DNA of 64,000 nucleotides from the human T2T-CHM13v2.0 reference genome, Homo sapiens, in assembly GCF_009914755.1 (NCBI RefSeq), contig NC_060942.1. The stretch is one strand, 5' to 3'. The number at the start of each line of letters is the position of its first letter. Positions within the stretch are counted from its first letter, which is position 1. Shown one piece after another: positions 28,114-41,212 of this stretch. Under the pieces are notes generated by a model. That model had not been told where the DNA came from. It did not search any database and saw only the letters and a list, made by a program, of their open reading frames with translations. A program made the translations under genes and the position numbers.

Positions 28114-30167
28114 GTCTAGGCTTCTTGATATTCTTTCAACGACCTTGATGCTCTACTTCCAGGCTTTCAACATGCTCTGAAGACATTGCCTTTTAAGGGT
28201 AGGCAGGCCATAACATACAGCAATTCCCTAAGACACAGTCATAACCACAGAATGTTAAATATTTTATTTTGCTGAGGTATTACCTCCAATGTTCAGAGAG
28301 TACGGCGAAGTTTTAAATCCAAGTCTGGTTCAAACTGGGGGAAGTGGTTTCCAACAATGTCGGAAGTGACAATATGAATACGACTTCCTGAGCCACATTC
28401 CCTAAGGCAATTATCTGTGATAAAGGGAAAAATGGCAAAATAACATTATCAAGATGCTCACAATCTTAACCTTTGGTCCTGGGAGATGTTTGATCTTGTT
28501 CTTGTAACCTCTTGACACTTCATCAATTTGGTCTTCACACATGAGCATTAAGAAAAAAATTCTTAAATCTTCTCTTACACAACTTATCCTCCCTCTTCCT
28601 TTCCCCACCCACGGGATGTCCCTTAAAGCCTGAAGATATACTTACAAGAAATATTAAAACATAGTTCACCGTCAAATCTAAAGCTTTAGTTATGAATGTC
28701 TAGCAGCATTTTTTGTTTGTTTCTTCAGAGATATTCTCACTCTACTGAAATGGAAAAAGAGAAAGAAACTATGTGCCTCATTATTCATATTCTTTTCATC
28801 CAAAGAGAGTCTCTAACAGTGAATGTGGACATCTGTCCTACAAATGTCACATCACCTGTCTGGAATAAAACACCAGAGGTGAGATAAACTGAGCCCTTGT
28901 GGTACTATTTGCCACACTCCATGGAAAGCAGCTGCCCTGTTTCTTATGCCAGGGAAGATATGAAAAACAGAGATGTTGAATTTGGCCTATATTTTTATAC
29001 AGTGTATTGTTAGCTCCTATTCACTATAACCGATAGATAAAGCATCAAAGTTTGAGAGTTTTCAGCTTCATACGAGTTCATAGCTCATTCTCCTTTATGT
29101 ATTAGATTTCAACACAAGTAAAATTATAACTTAATACACTAACCTGGGATTGTCAGAGCACTTGACTATTTAGTGAGTATGGAAATCATTAGTTACAAGA
29201 CATGGTTTAGATGCTGTCACATTGTATGGTTTTGTTAATTGATGGTCATGGACATATGCCTAGGTGTCTGCTTTCCCTCCTCACCTTCGAACATGGGGAG
29301 AACCAAATGTCTGCCTAGCTTTCTGAGTGACTACATCGAAGTCCCTCCCTTATTTAAAATAATGGCACCCTTATTTCTAATTATTTTTCCTGAAGATGTA
29401 TGTACAGGAAATAATAAACTTTTTCAAACTTTTCTTAAACTAAGACAACCCATAGCCAAGAGGCCTCTGATATCCTGCCAGCAGCCAAAAATGAGCAACT
29501 GTCAGCCAAAATCTGGAAGATAAAGAACAGTGCTTCGAATGAGAAAGCAGTTGTCTGGAGCCACTGGGAATCCATTGGCATGGAACCAGATTAACTAAAA
29601 TCCACAGGTCTGTTTCCTGCATAAACAGGTGAAGACAGGGCTGAGAGAGGTGTGAAAATAGTTCTTCAGCCACACTCAATAATCTATGGTTCCCAAGGTG
29701 CCCTCCTACATCTGTTTGCATTTTGGCAGCAAGGCATTCCAGACCCTGATATTCAACAGTATAACAGGCACTTTATACGAGGAAAAAAGTAGTGAAATCT
29801 TGATTATTTCTCATTCAAAGTTAATGTAATGTAATTCTTTTGAGTATTTTCATTTCATTTCATTTTCAAAGGAATTTAAACATAGTTAGGGAAAATAAAT
29901 TTTTACTGATCAACTTCTGTGAGGTGGAAATTTTTAATTTTTAAAAAATGAGAACTTCAAAACGGAAACTCACTTTAAGTGTGAGACTGTGAATTTACAT
30001 ATGCCCTGTCATCTGTCATCTTTTGGGAAAATATTCTAACTTGATGAGAAAATACTTCCCATTTTCTTTTATTTATTTTATTCAGATAAAGGAGAGAGAG
30101 ACAGAGATAGACAAATGCAATATCCCGTGCTAGAATTGTGTGAAAGATTATTTAAAGTGAGTAACTC

Positions 30168-30417
<250 letters not shown>

Positions 30418-30984
30418 CTATGTCTTCCAAGACTGTTGCGTTATATGGAGTTGCAATTAATAGTTTCCACCAAAATCACTATATGGAGGACAATCAGAAA
30501 GGGAGTCACTGTCATAGCATGGTTAAAGATGACGGAAACAGGAACTAGGGTGTTAGCAGTAAGATTGGAGAGAAGGAAAATAATTCAACAACACATTTTC
30601 TTGTTTTCCCACTGTATTGACAATGCATGTCAACACATGATCCTTATAGGTAGAGTAGAAAATATGTATAAGCTAAATAATAAAGGGTAAAGTTTTAGAT
30701 ACCACCATCAGGTAACAATTCAGTATGTCTATGTGTGTATATTTCTGTATTTGTGTCTGAAATAGAAACATATATAAGCAAGAATTGACATGAGTTGGAA
30801 ATTAAGTATCCAGATTGAGGTAGAGGCATATGTAAAATGATTTGTTATTACTATCTGAACCTAAGTTTTAAATGGCACAGATAACATCAGTAAGCTTTTC
30901 AAGTATTATTTTGTTCTCAGTGTTATAGGACCATTTACCTATAATTCATCTAAGGTGAAATAAAAGTAATACTAATGCCCATAA

Positions 30985-31220
30985 TATTGTATATGAGCTT
31001 AATATGTACCACGGGCCAGGTACTTGTCAATGATTTTTTGCATTGTTTCATGTAATCCTCACAATAGCCCTATTTCTTAGAGGCTATTATGTTCACTTTG
31101 CAGATAAAAAAACATTGGCTAAAAGTAATTTGCATAAGAATACATAGCAAGTAGTAAGCCTTTATTGCTGTGTTATTAACACTACTTGAATCCAAATTCT
31201 GAACCACTGTGCTCTGTGGC
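30985..31220 (-). mobile_element. MIR
   Basis: TCATGTAATCCTCACAATAGCCC...CACTTTGCAGAT...AAGTAATTTGC. Confidence 0.75.
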
Positions 31221-32225
31221 CTAGGATAAGTATTATTTATATTGTTTCCTTTTCTCTTCCATCCTTACTTATTTCTTAATATTATTGTGCAGTTTATCCC
31301 CAACGACATTGTAAGTTCCTTTATTTCAACGACCATATTCTATATTTATTTTCTTCCATACTTCCACCATGCCCGAGAAAAGAAGTTTTGAAAGATTGAT
31401 CTTTTATTGGCAAAAGCTTGAACATAGTTGGGATACCTATAGAGAATTTAAGAATTTCAACCTTGACATTTTAACTACTGAAAAACTGTTATCACTAATT
31501 AGCGTCTTAAACCTATCATCATGCAGCACATACTGCAATAGATATCTCTAAATTTTCTGGCAAATTCAATCAATGGAAATCTTCATAATAGTTAATGCAA
31601 GGCACAGAAGCTATAGAATTGTGACAAGGGGTTGTTCTCACTGATCATGTTCCGCAGGTAACTTCCTAGACTTTATTTTGTATTGGTGCACGTAACCAAA
31701 ACTCATAAAGGACTGAAATGAAGGCATTTCCCTCCCCCCACCTCCTTCTCTGATTGTTAGTCCTTCTCAGACGTGAGGGCAGTGTCTCCTTGGGCTTCTG
31801 TCCAAAAACAGGATCAGAATAACCCTCCCTAAGCTTGTGGCAAGAAAGCCAAAGGGATGGGACTGCATGAGGTCAGACACCCCATTCTGCTACTGATCAC
31901 TTTGGCAATTTTGCTACCCATGTCTCCAGTGCCACACAAGCTTCTGAAGTAATCTTGGTTTATCACCATGTGATAAGTAGATCTATGGGGAAGTCAAGCA
32001 AGTTTCCCAAATTCTTTCAGAAATTACAGATTTATTTAGGTATAATCTCACTGCTAGACTCTCATTCTTGGATGCCAGTCCACAGAGGTGGGCCCTTTCC
32101 TGTGTCTCATTACCCTGAAAATAAGAGTCCCATGGATAAATCCTCCTACAGGTTGTTCATATTGGTGCCTTGACTACTCCCATCTGAAAACACATCTTGC
32201 CATCCAAGAGCCTGTCACCTCCTAC

Positions 32226-32284
32226 CTTGACGGCAGCTGCTTGAGTTGGGAGCACACTATTTAACAGTGTGATGCTGACGAATA
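32226..32284 (-). other. Candidate 59-nt exon
   Basis: Minus strand tcactgttcttcccag|TATTCG...GTCAAG|gtagga; a single stop-free frame; no expression evidence. Confidence 0.25.
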
Positions 32285-32839
32285 CTGGGAAGAACAGTGA
32301 CAAGCCTAAGTGCTGTTTTACACCCCATTTAACCAGGGGAGACACATCTGTTTATTTTTGTTTCAGGGGAAGCACAAGGCTTAGTCTTTGTGACAAGGTC
32401 ACAAGTCCAGCCCTAGGATTCCTTGTGGGGAGATCACCAAACTTCTCCAGACAATCGATAACAGAATGCCAACTGTGAGTTCTTCAAATAGAAATCCAAG
32501 GACATGATTTTGTCTGGCTAAGATGGAACAGGCCCAAATAAAAAACAAGCATGAACAGTTCTCTTTTGTCTGCGGGCTCACAGCCTGTCCTGCTGTTAGC
32601 CCTAAATTCTCATTTGGAGAAAAGCCATGCTATTACTTCATAGAGACCAATATATTTGAAAGGCAGAGAGGTATACCACTGACTAAAGGGAGAACAGTAA
32701 TGCATTTTCTTTTTCCATATTTTGTTTAAATATGCATTTCTCAAGAGTCATATCTTTACAAATGGCTTATAATTTCTCACACTCAGTTATTGAATAAAAC
32801 TTCATGATGCTACACAGCCCCACTGTATTTGTAGGGAAT

Positions 32840-33000
32840 ATGAAGTCAAATAGCCTGATTTGAATATTGCCTCTACCACCTCCCACCTGTAATATTTGGC
32901 AACTTTCTCCATATTTTTGTGCTATAATTTCTTCATCTGTAAAATAGGAAAAATTACTTCTCAGATTAGCATGATAATTAAATGAGATAGTGTTGATGAT
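32840..33000 (+). mobile_element. MIR
   Basis: GCCTGATTTGAAT...TTTCTTCATCTGTAAAATAGG...ATTAAATGAGATA. Confidence 0.8.
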
Positions 33001-33059
33001 GAGCTTAAATTTTATCTTACAATCCTTGAGATATAATAATGAACTTATTATGCTACTTT

Positions 33060-33771
33060 TGATAGTGGCAGGAGGCAGTCAAATGCCTAGGAAGATAGAG
33101 GTGGATCCCATGCGAAATCCCACCTCCAAGCCGAAGACAGTTTAAAGCCTGAAAGCCAACCTACAAGTTAAATCCTCTCACCAGATTGAGAAACTGTCTT
33201 CCTGTTTGGCACACTTTTCCTCTGATTGATCCCCACCGTTCACCTATTTTACATATACCTATCCTTTCCTAGTTAGTTTACTACAGTCATGCCCACCTTT
33301 GAGTGGTTGTCTTCACTTTAAACTTTCTTGCATACTCACAAACCAATCAGCACACACTCCCCATTCTGAGTCCATAAAAAGCCCTGGACCCAGCCACACA
33401 GAGAAAAACTATCTGACTGTAGGGGTGGGGGAACCCCAACCCACCCCCACTCACAGCACCCCACGTCCCTCACCACTGAGAGCTGGTCCACTCGAATTCT
33501 TCTCTGCCCATCCTCACCCTTCAACTATCAGAGTATCCTTATTCTTCTTGGACACAGAACAAGAGCTCAGGAACTACCAAACAAGGGTACAAGCTATAAT
33601 ACAGGCTGGGTGCGCCTGCGCCTGCGCCTGGCCCAGCCGTGGGCTGAGCCGGTGTGCCAGCTAGACTTAGCCAGGGGGGTCGAGTGGGTGGGGCGCCTCC
33701 AGCAGCAAGGCAAGGTGCGTCGCCAGCCAGAGGTCCTGGCTGGCAAAGCGACTGAGCAAATTCCTGTGTCA
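33060..33771 (+). mobile_element. ERV1 solo LTR, MER50 family
   Basis: TGATAGTGGCAGGAGGCAG...TTCCTGTGTCA, 4-bp TSD CTTT, CCAAT box and CATAAAAA TATA-like box. Confidence 0.9.
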
Positions 33772-34798
33772 CTTTAATTTCTAATACTATTAATAAATTT
33801 ATTTTTATTCTTTTTCATTCATGAAAGTACTGTGAGTAAACAAACTTTGCCAATATAAAGCAGATGCCATTCCTATGACTTGAAATAAGAGAGCCTAGCA
33901 TAGTGAAAATCATTGTTCCAGGAGAGGAAAACTTTAAATTCCAATTAATATTTAGCCACCAAAATTCTGACTTGTTTTTATGCAGTGTGAGACAACTTAT
34001 TATGAATTTAGGAAGGGCAGCAAAACCGCTTTAACTAATCAAAATGCTCTTTAATTCCCTAATTTGAGAATTCCTCCATTGAACTGTTTATTTTTTTTTC
34101 TTTTGAGTATGGACGTTATGATGTGAACTGGTACTTGCACTAAAAGTACCAGTTTAAGTTTTACCAATTATTTATACTTGTACCTGAATTGCTAATACTA
34201 TTTTGCTATCAAATTTTGAAAGAGAAGCAAAAAAGTGTAGGTCCTTGGTCTTCATATTTCTAGAAGAATTAGGGTCTCAACCAATGAAATAAAGAGCATA
34301 TGAATGGAAAATTTTCTTGTTAAAGAAAATTGCGCAGTTCAAGACTTTGTAAGAGGCCTTACAGTCCCTGAAAATATTTAGCAGATGCCTTTTCCCAGAC
34401 CCTAAACTGAGTACACCTCCTTCCCAGAATTAAAGCAGGGTTACTGTACTTGCAAGGACTGTTTTTATCTTTCTGCTTCACCGCAAGATCAGATGATGCA
34501 ATAATACCACATTCAAATGAGATAATTCTTCAGGGGTCTTTCATCCAAGGATCTGAGGTGCTTCATAAACATTAATTAATTCTCCTAACACCTTTGTGAG
34601 GAGAGAATTCTATTTTTTGTACGAGTTAGACATGCTAAAGTAATACCACCAGCGCTTAGACAGAATGCAGGCTTCAGAACAAGCCCAATCTTTCTGTATT
34701 AAGCAAAAAGTTCCCTTAATTGGGTTCATGTTAAGGAAGGTGAGGAAAGGGAAAGAGATGTTAAATGCATCACAGAAAGAAGTCACCGCACGACTCAC

Positions 34799-34843
34799 AA
34801 ATCCAGGGACTCCGATGACGGAGCTGAGCCTTCGCAGGACGCC
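34799..34843 (-). other. Candidate 45-nt frame-preserving exon
   Basis: Minus strand ...catttgaccaag|GGCGTC...GGATTT|gtgagt; CpG cluster; stop-free in all three frames. Confidence 0.35.
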
Positions 34844-37379
34844 CTTGGTCAAATGCACACAACAGAGGGGCAGTATCATAGAGAAACTATGTACTAAATC
34901 AAAAAATAAAGCAAAGAGAAAGAAGGTACAGTCCAACTTCAGAGCACATTATAACATAGCTTTTCCGTAACCAACAATGAACGGTCCCTCTGCTTTATGA
35001 GTTCCAATTACTGCTATTGAATATAGCCTGAAAAATTTCCTCTCTTTTAATTCATTTCCTCAGATAATAAGGATTTATTTGGGAGTTTCCACTTCCTCTT
35101 TTTCCTTTCATTCCTTTTCTCCCTTACCAAACTCTACATCTGGTTTCTCTATAGTTAAGTCTTAACACTGATAATGTCTAATCAGTACTTATGACTTTCA
35201 AAAGTTTTCCTCAGAATCTTTCATGTACTTTAAGACAATCTATTTGGGCCGAGATGTTCAGTTTTTCAGAACATACTAATAACTTTGTCTGAGCTGTGGC
35301 AGAAGTGTCTAATGTATCTACATAAATTGATGTATCCTAAATGAACATACAGAAATGTCACGGTTCAGCACTAGACTGATAACCTTCCAGGTACCAATTT
35401 CTATTTTAGCAACAGGCAAGGGGTTAAGGAGAGAAATAACTCTGTTCTAAAAATGATTAAATAGGCCTAGCACAAGATAAGAAATAAGTTTATGCCTTTC
35501 TTTTCCAAATTTCAAACAAATACAAAACAGTCTTAGGGTTTTACTTTTATTTTTAAAATATATTTCTTATTTTCTGTCGAGAAGCAGTATGAGTTTTCAA
35601 AAAAGACTAAATTAAGAGTAAAGACCGCTGAATTCCAGCCCACTCTGCCCCTTACTAGCTGTGTCTAAGTTTCTCCATTTGTTAACATATTATATCATAT
35701 AGTTTTTATAATTTCAACAGAGGAAACATATTTTAAAATATTGAAATAAGAGTAAAGATTCTATGTCATATCATTATGACTAGTGCCAGAATGGGATTGG
35801 ACTCAAGTTAAAATAACTTACCTATAAATTCCAGTGGTCTCATATGGATTGATTTATCCCTCTTACCTATCATCTGTGGCTAGGGATAAAGAATTAAAGC
35901 GACCTGTGGTATCCATGCTTTTATCAGTCAAATGTGTGCAAGATTGGAGTGAGGCAAGGAACTTGGTAACACCAGTTGAAATCACTTGTTTAGTGACTGA
36001 AAGCACATTTTCCAAACATAGGCAATAGAAGGTCTCAACAGACTCAATAAAGGTTGTATATTACATCCATCTCCGATTTCCCACAGGCTAACAGAGAACT
36101 GATTGAAACAGTAAAACTTTACAGAGTTTTTCATTTATTGAAGTAGAATGACAAAATACTGTCACATAGTTCTGGCCACATTCTCACCAGATCAGTTCCC
36201 TGACTCACCTTGTTCTCCTTTCACCCTGTCCCCCAACAATCTTGATCAGCCTTTTAAATTTTTCAGGGCTTTCTATTTCTTAGTTTCACAAATTGAGAAA
36301 ATTATTTCCTCTCTTGACTAAGTATCATTTCTTTAAGCCCACGTTTCCAGGACTGGTAGATCCCCTTTCCACTAGCATGAAGGAAAATCTAACCTGCCAA
36401 GGCATTGGTTTGACAGTATATTGCCTAGATTTAAGATGTTTGATTTTAAAGCACAATCTTGTGAAATGTTTCACCCATGCTGCACTGCACCAATTCTATC
36501 AATTTGTCACTCATGGCCTTTTAATTTTTCCAGCATGATAGGAAATGCATTATCCTCTCAATCCACATTCCATATCTTCTGCGAAAGCATTCACAAGACA
36601 GTACGTATGCATTTCCAAGGCAGTCTAAATCAAGATTTAATGATGAAAATGTCTTAAAAAATTTGCTGAAGATATTTTTGCCAAAAATTATGCTGAATAG
36701 AGTTTGTTAGATAATACACTAACATTCTCTTCTGAAGCAGAAGTGAGAGGTCACATCTTTGCTACACGCTTTACATTTGAGCATTGAAAAATCCATGACA
36801 TACATTTCCAAAACTTCGGGCTATAGATGAGCCAAGTACAAATTTTAGTCTTTATCCTAAGGGCAACAATTTCTTGAATTTCTTTTAAAATCTAGTAGCT
36901 GTTTTTTCAATTTGGAAAAAAATCGGAAGTAAATTCTTCTACTTATTGGTGCTAACTGTAGGTGCTAAATGTTTTCTCTACAAGCTTAATTCTCACAAAT
37001 GCACTGTAAATTATAACTGATTATTCCAATTATAGATATTGTATAGAACAAACCTAGAAAGGATTGGTGTCTCTAAAACTACCAGAAATAAGTTGTGATG
37101 TCAGAATGAGAATCCAACTTCTTTTGACAGAAAGTCCATGTTATTTATGAACATTTTCTGTGACCATCACACTCTCCAGATGAAATTCAAAAGCGTGTAT
37201 TCAAGTCCTTAAAAAGCAAAATAAACAAAAATTGACTGAATTTTGGTTAAAATTTTGAACTCACTTTTATATGATGTGGGAAGAATTTTTATGTTTGTAG
37301 TATCTAATCTTTCCATTTAAAAACATGATAGGTTTATCTGTTGATTCAAATCTTCTTTTGCTTTTAAAGCATTCAAAGA

Positions 37380-38648
37380 CAGACTTTTAAGTTTGTTGAA
37401 CTTTATTTCATGGCTCATAGTACAGTTAATTTTGATATAAGTTTTGTGGGCAACTCAAAAGAATATTTATTCTGAATTTGGTGAGTTACCCTACAAATGA
37501 CAATTTAATACTTTAAGTTGATGTTGTTTTCTTCTATATTCTTGCTGGTTTAGGGATAGACGTTTCTTCAATTGATGAGAGAGATACATTAATTTTTCCA
37601 TATGTATTTATATATGTATAAATGTCATATAAATATAGTATATAATGTTATATATATTTGTGTTTTTTTCGCTTTTTCTTTTCACTTCTATAAATTTAGT
37701 TTCCCATATATTGCAGCTATGTTGTTTGTACATACACAACAAACTTTAAGCTTGCTATGTCTTCGTCCTCTTCATGGAGTGACTTTTTATCATGTTGCTC
37801 TCTACCTCTGGTAAGTTTATTTGCTCTGAAGTCTGCTTTATCTAATGATAGTGTAGCCACTCCTGCTTTCCTTTGATTACTGTTCACATGAAACTTTTTT
37901 TTCACTTGTTTATTTTCACTCTGCCTATATCCTTACGTTTGAAGTGAGTTTTCTATATACTACATATAGTCAGGTCTTATCTTTTAATCCATTCTCCCAA
38001 TCACTGCCTTTTAATTAATATGATTAGACAACTAGTACTTAATGTAATCATTTATGTTTGAGGGCTTAATGCATTTCATCTAATATTGTTTTGTTTTCTC
38101 TGTTTTTTTTTTGTTTCTAGTGGGTTTTTTGCATTTCTATAGATAATTTGAACAATTTCTAAAATTTACAGACTTTTCTGTAGTGTTTTTGAATATAACT
38201 TTTTGTACAGCTTCTTAAATGGTTGCTCAAGAAGTTACTATACATAAATAACTTATCACTGTCTATTATTGTCATAATTTTACCAGTTTAAGTGAAGTAT
38301 AGAACCTTACCTCCTTTACATTGCTTTACTTTCCTTTAGACAATAATATAATTATATAAAATATTTCTCTAAATGTGTTTAGATTCATATGACATTGTTA
38401 TAATTTTCACTTTAACCATCAAACATAATTTTTGAAACTCAAGAAAAGTCTATTTTATTTACACGGATTTTATATCTCTATATTCTTTCTCCCCTCTCAT
38501 GTTCCAACACTTCTTCCTTTATCATTTCCTTTCCATCTAAAGAAATTTGTTTAGCCATTATTTGAGAATATACTGCTCTCCTTCATTTCTGAAAGATCTT
38601 TTCCCTGGAGATAGGGTTCTGAGTTGAGAGCTCTTCCCCTTTCACATC

Positions 38649-38688
<40 letters not shown>

Positions 38689-39830
38689 ACAACACACGTA
38701 CACAAACTGAAAAACAGTGTACTACTTCCTTTGGGACTCTATGTTGTATAATGAGAAATCTGCTATCATCAAATTGTTTTCCTATCTTGTAGGTATGGCT
38801 CTGGCTGCTTTCAAATATTTTTCACCTTTAGTTTTCAGAAGTTTAATTATAATTTATCTTGACTTGAATTTATTTGGGTTTATCTTGTTTAGAATTTTCC
38901 TAGTTTCTTGAATAAAAAGGTTTATGTGTCTTGCCAAATTTAAAGTTTTCAGTCATTAGTTTTCCTTGTACAGTTTCATCTCACTGTATCTCATATACTG
39001 AACTCTAATAACATATTAATATTATAGCTTATGTAATTGTTCCACGCAGTTTCGTGTCTGTTTATTGTTTTTTATTCACTCTGTGTAATTTTTATCTTCA
39101 GATTGGGTATTTTCTATTCCTCTACTTTCCAGTTCATTATTATTTTCTTTGTAGCCTCCATTCTTCTATCAAGCCCATCCACTGATCTTTTTATTGTAAG
39201 TATTATTTTTTTCAGCTCTAAAAGTTCATTTGGTTCTTCTCTACATCTTCTATTTCTTTGCTGAGGCTATTTTCTCACTTGTTTTATGCATATTTATAAT
39301 TGCTCATTGAAGGACTTTTAACATGATTACTTTAAAATCTTTTTCTGATATGCAAACATGCTGTCACCTTGGTGTTGCAATCTATTGGCTTTTTCGTTTG
39401 TTTGTTCTTTTGTCCTTCAGTCTGAGATCTTCCTGATTATTTGCATGATGAGTGACTGTTTTATTGAAACCTGAAACACTTCTGTCTAATGTCTGGAAAC
39501 TCTGGGCTTAATGCATTTCATCTAATATTGGTTTGTTTTCTCTGTTTTTTTTTTTTCTGGTGAGTTTTTTGCATTTCTATGGACAATTTGAACAATTTCT
39601 AAAATTTTTAAACTTTTCTGTAGTGTTTTTGAATATATATTTTTGTATAGCTTTTTAAATGGTTGTTACAATATATATAGATTACTTATCACCATCTATT
39701 ATTTTCGTAATTTTACCAGTTTATTTAAATCTTCAGTTTTAGATGGATGTCTCTGAAATTGCTCTGATAGAGACATGGGGCACTGTCTCATTGCTGATAG
39801 AAGCAGAGCTACAGGTTCACTATCAGCCTC
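37380..39830 (-). mobile_element. Old L1M remnant (5'UTR/ORF1/ORF2 endonuclease region)
   Basis: ORF 37717-37905 FHVNSNQRKAGVATLSLDKADFRANKLTR resembles L1 ORF2 endonuclease; T-rich L1M-type sequence; limits approximate. Confidence 0.85.
38656..38687. repeat. (CA)n microsatellite
   Basis: Direct reading. Confidence 0.97.
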
Positions 39831-40796
39831 TAATAATTCATTAATAATTTGATTATGGTTGAGTTTCTTTTTTTAATTCACAACCAGCACATTGTTAATG
39901 TGTACAATTACTCATCAGATTCTGAAGTGCTGACAAACATCTATCTACTGTGGATCTACTGAGCTGATAGAAGATAATATTCTAACTCTACTTCCATGGT
40001 TTTCAGTAGTCTGAATCAATAAACTAATGAAAAATTGGTATTTGTTATATGTGCTAATATCAGGTTCTTCATATGTATCCATTTCCTCTAACATCCTACT
40101 TATGGGACTATTGACTTCCAGTAATGATGTACATTTTTTTCTCCTTTTCCACACTATTCATTCTGCTGGTTTTCAAGGAGTTGCATCTTCTGAATGGATA
40201 TTAAAAGGTGACAGCAAGAGAAGAGCAGTACAATGGACACTCAGAACATTGGGACCAGATATAACACCTGATTTTTTTTATTTGTCATAAATCTTTCCTT
40301 TCTGGTCTAAGGACAATGAATTTGTGAGTTATGAATTTTCTCCTTATCCTCTTGCTTTCGTACATACTTCATTTCAGGGATGCAGTATTGAAAGTCCCTT
40401 AATTATTAATTTTAATATAGTTATCCAATTCTTACTCATCAATTCTGGTAGCAAATTGTTTGTTATGATATGTGTTTACTTGCGATATAAAAATTAAAAT
40501 ATTTACATTCCCTCATTGGCTTTCATGTGCATTTTTGGTTTTGAATAATATTTTAGTTGATTTTTAAAGGAAGTTAGGAGCATCTGCACTAGGCATACTG
40601 GCCAAGTGCCATTTTCTACCTAAACGAATAACTTCCAATGCTACAAAATACTACAGCATGCTGATATGAAGTGATTTAAATACTATCATATTTAAAAGTG
40701 ATGGGTCTTGTATCCATATCAAGGGCATAAGAAGCATGTGGAATATGCAGAGGAATGGCTAGTTGTTCAGAAGAACTTTCTAATAAGATTACTCAC

Positions 40797-40817
40797 GTCC
40801 TCTTTGTCAAAATGAAC
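40797..40817 (-). other. Candidate 21-nt microexon
   Basis: Minus strand ttttgcagacatttttttcag|GTTCATTTTGACAAAGAGGAC|gtgagt. Confidence 0.2.
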
Positions 40818-41212
40818 CTGAAAAAAATGTCTGCAAAATGAAGAAGTTTGGACAGAGGGTTTGAATCCTAAGACAATAAAACAGGAGTCAGAAGGTAACC
40901 TGAGGACCTCACTTATGTATATGATTAATGTTTAAACCAAAATAAAAGCCTGGAAATCTAAGATACAGGATTATAAAAAACAACCTAAAGTGAACATTTT
41001 CCCATTTGATTAAAATAAAATATATTTGAGAAAACTGATGAAATTATAGCAGCTATATACTAAGGAAGACAGAGTTTGAGACATCGCATGTAAAAGTAAA
41101 CAAAATAATTAAAAATATTAGAAAAATGCAACACAAATAAGTTATGTTTTAGTTTGAAATATTGAAAGGAAACATGATAAAATTATATGAATTGATAAAT
41201 GGTGCTTATATG

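Noticed and set aside
36203-36240. Collagen-like GDRVKGEQG before a strong minus-strand donor
   Set aside because: No acceptor or pyrimidine tract nearby and not a true Gly-X-Y register
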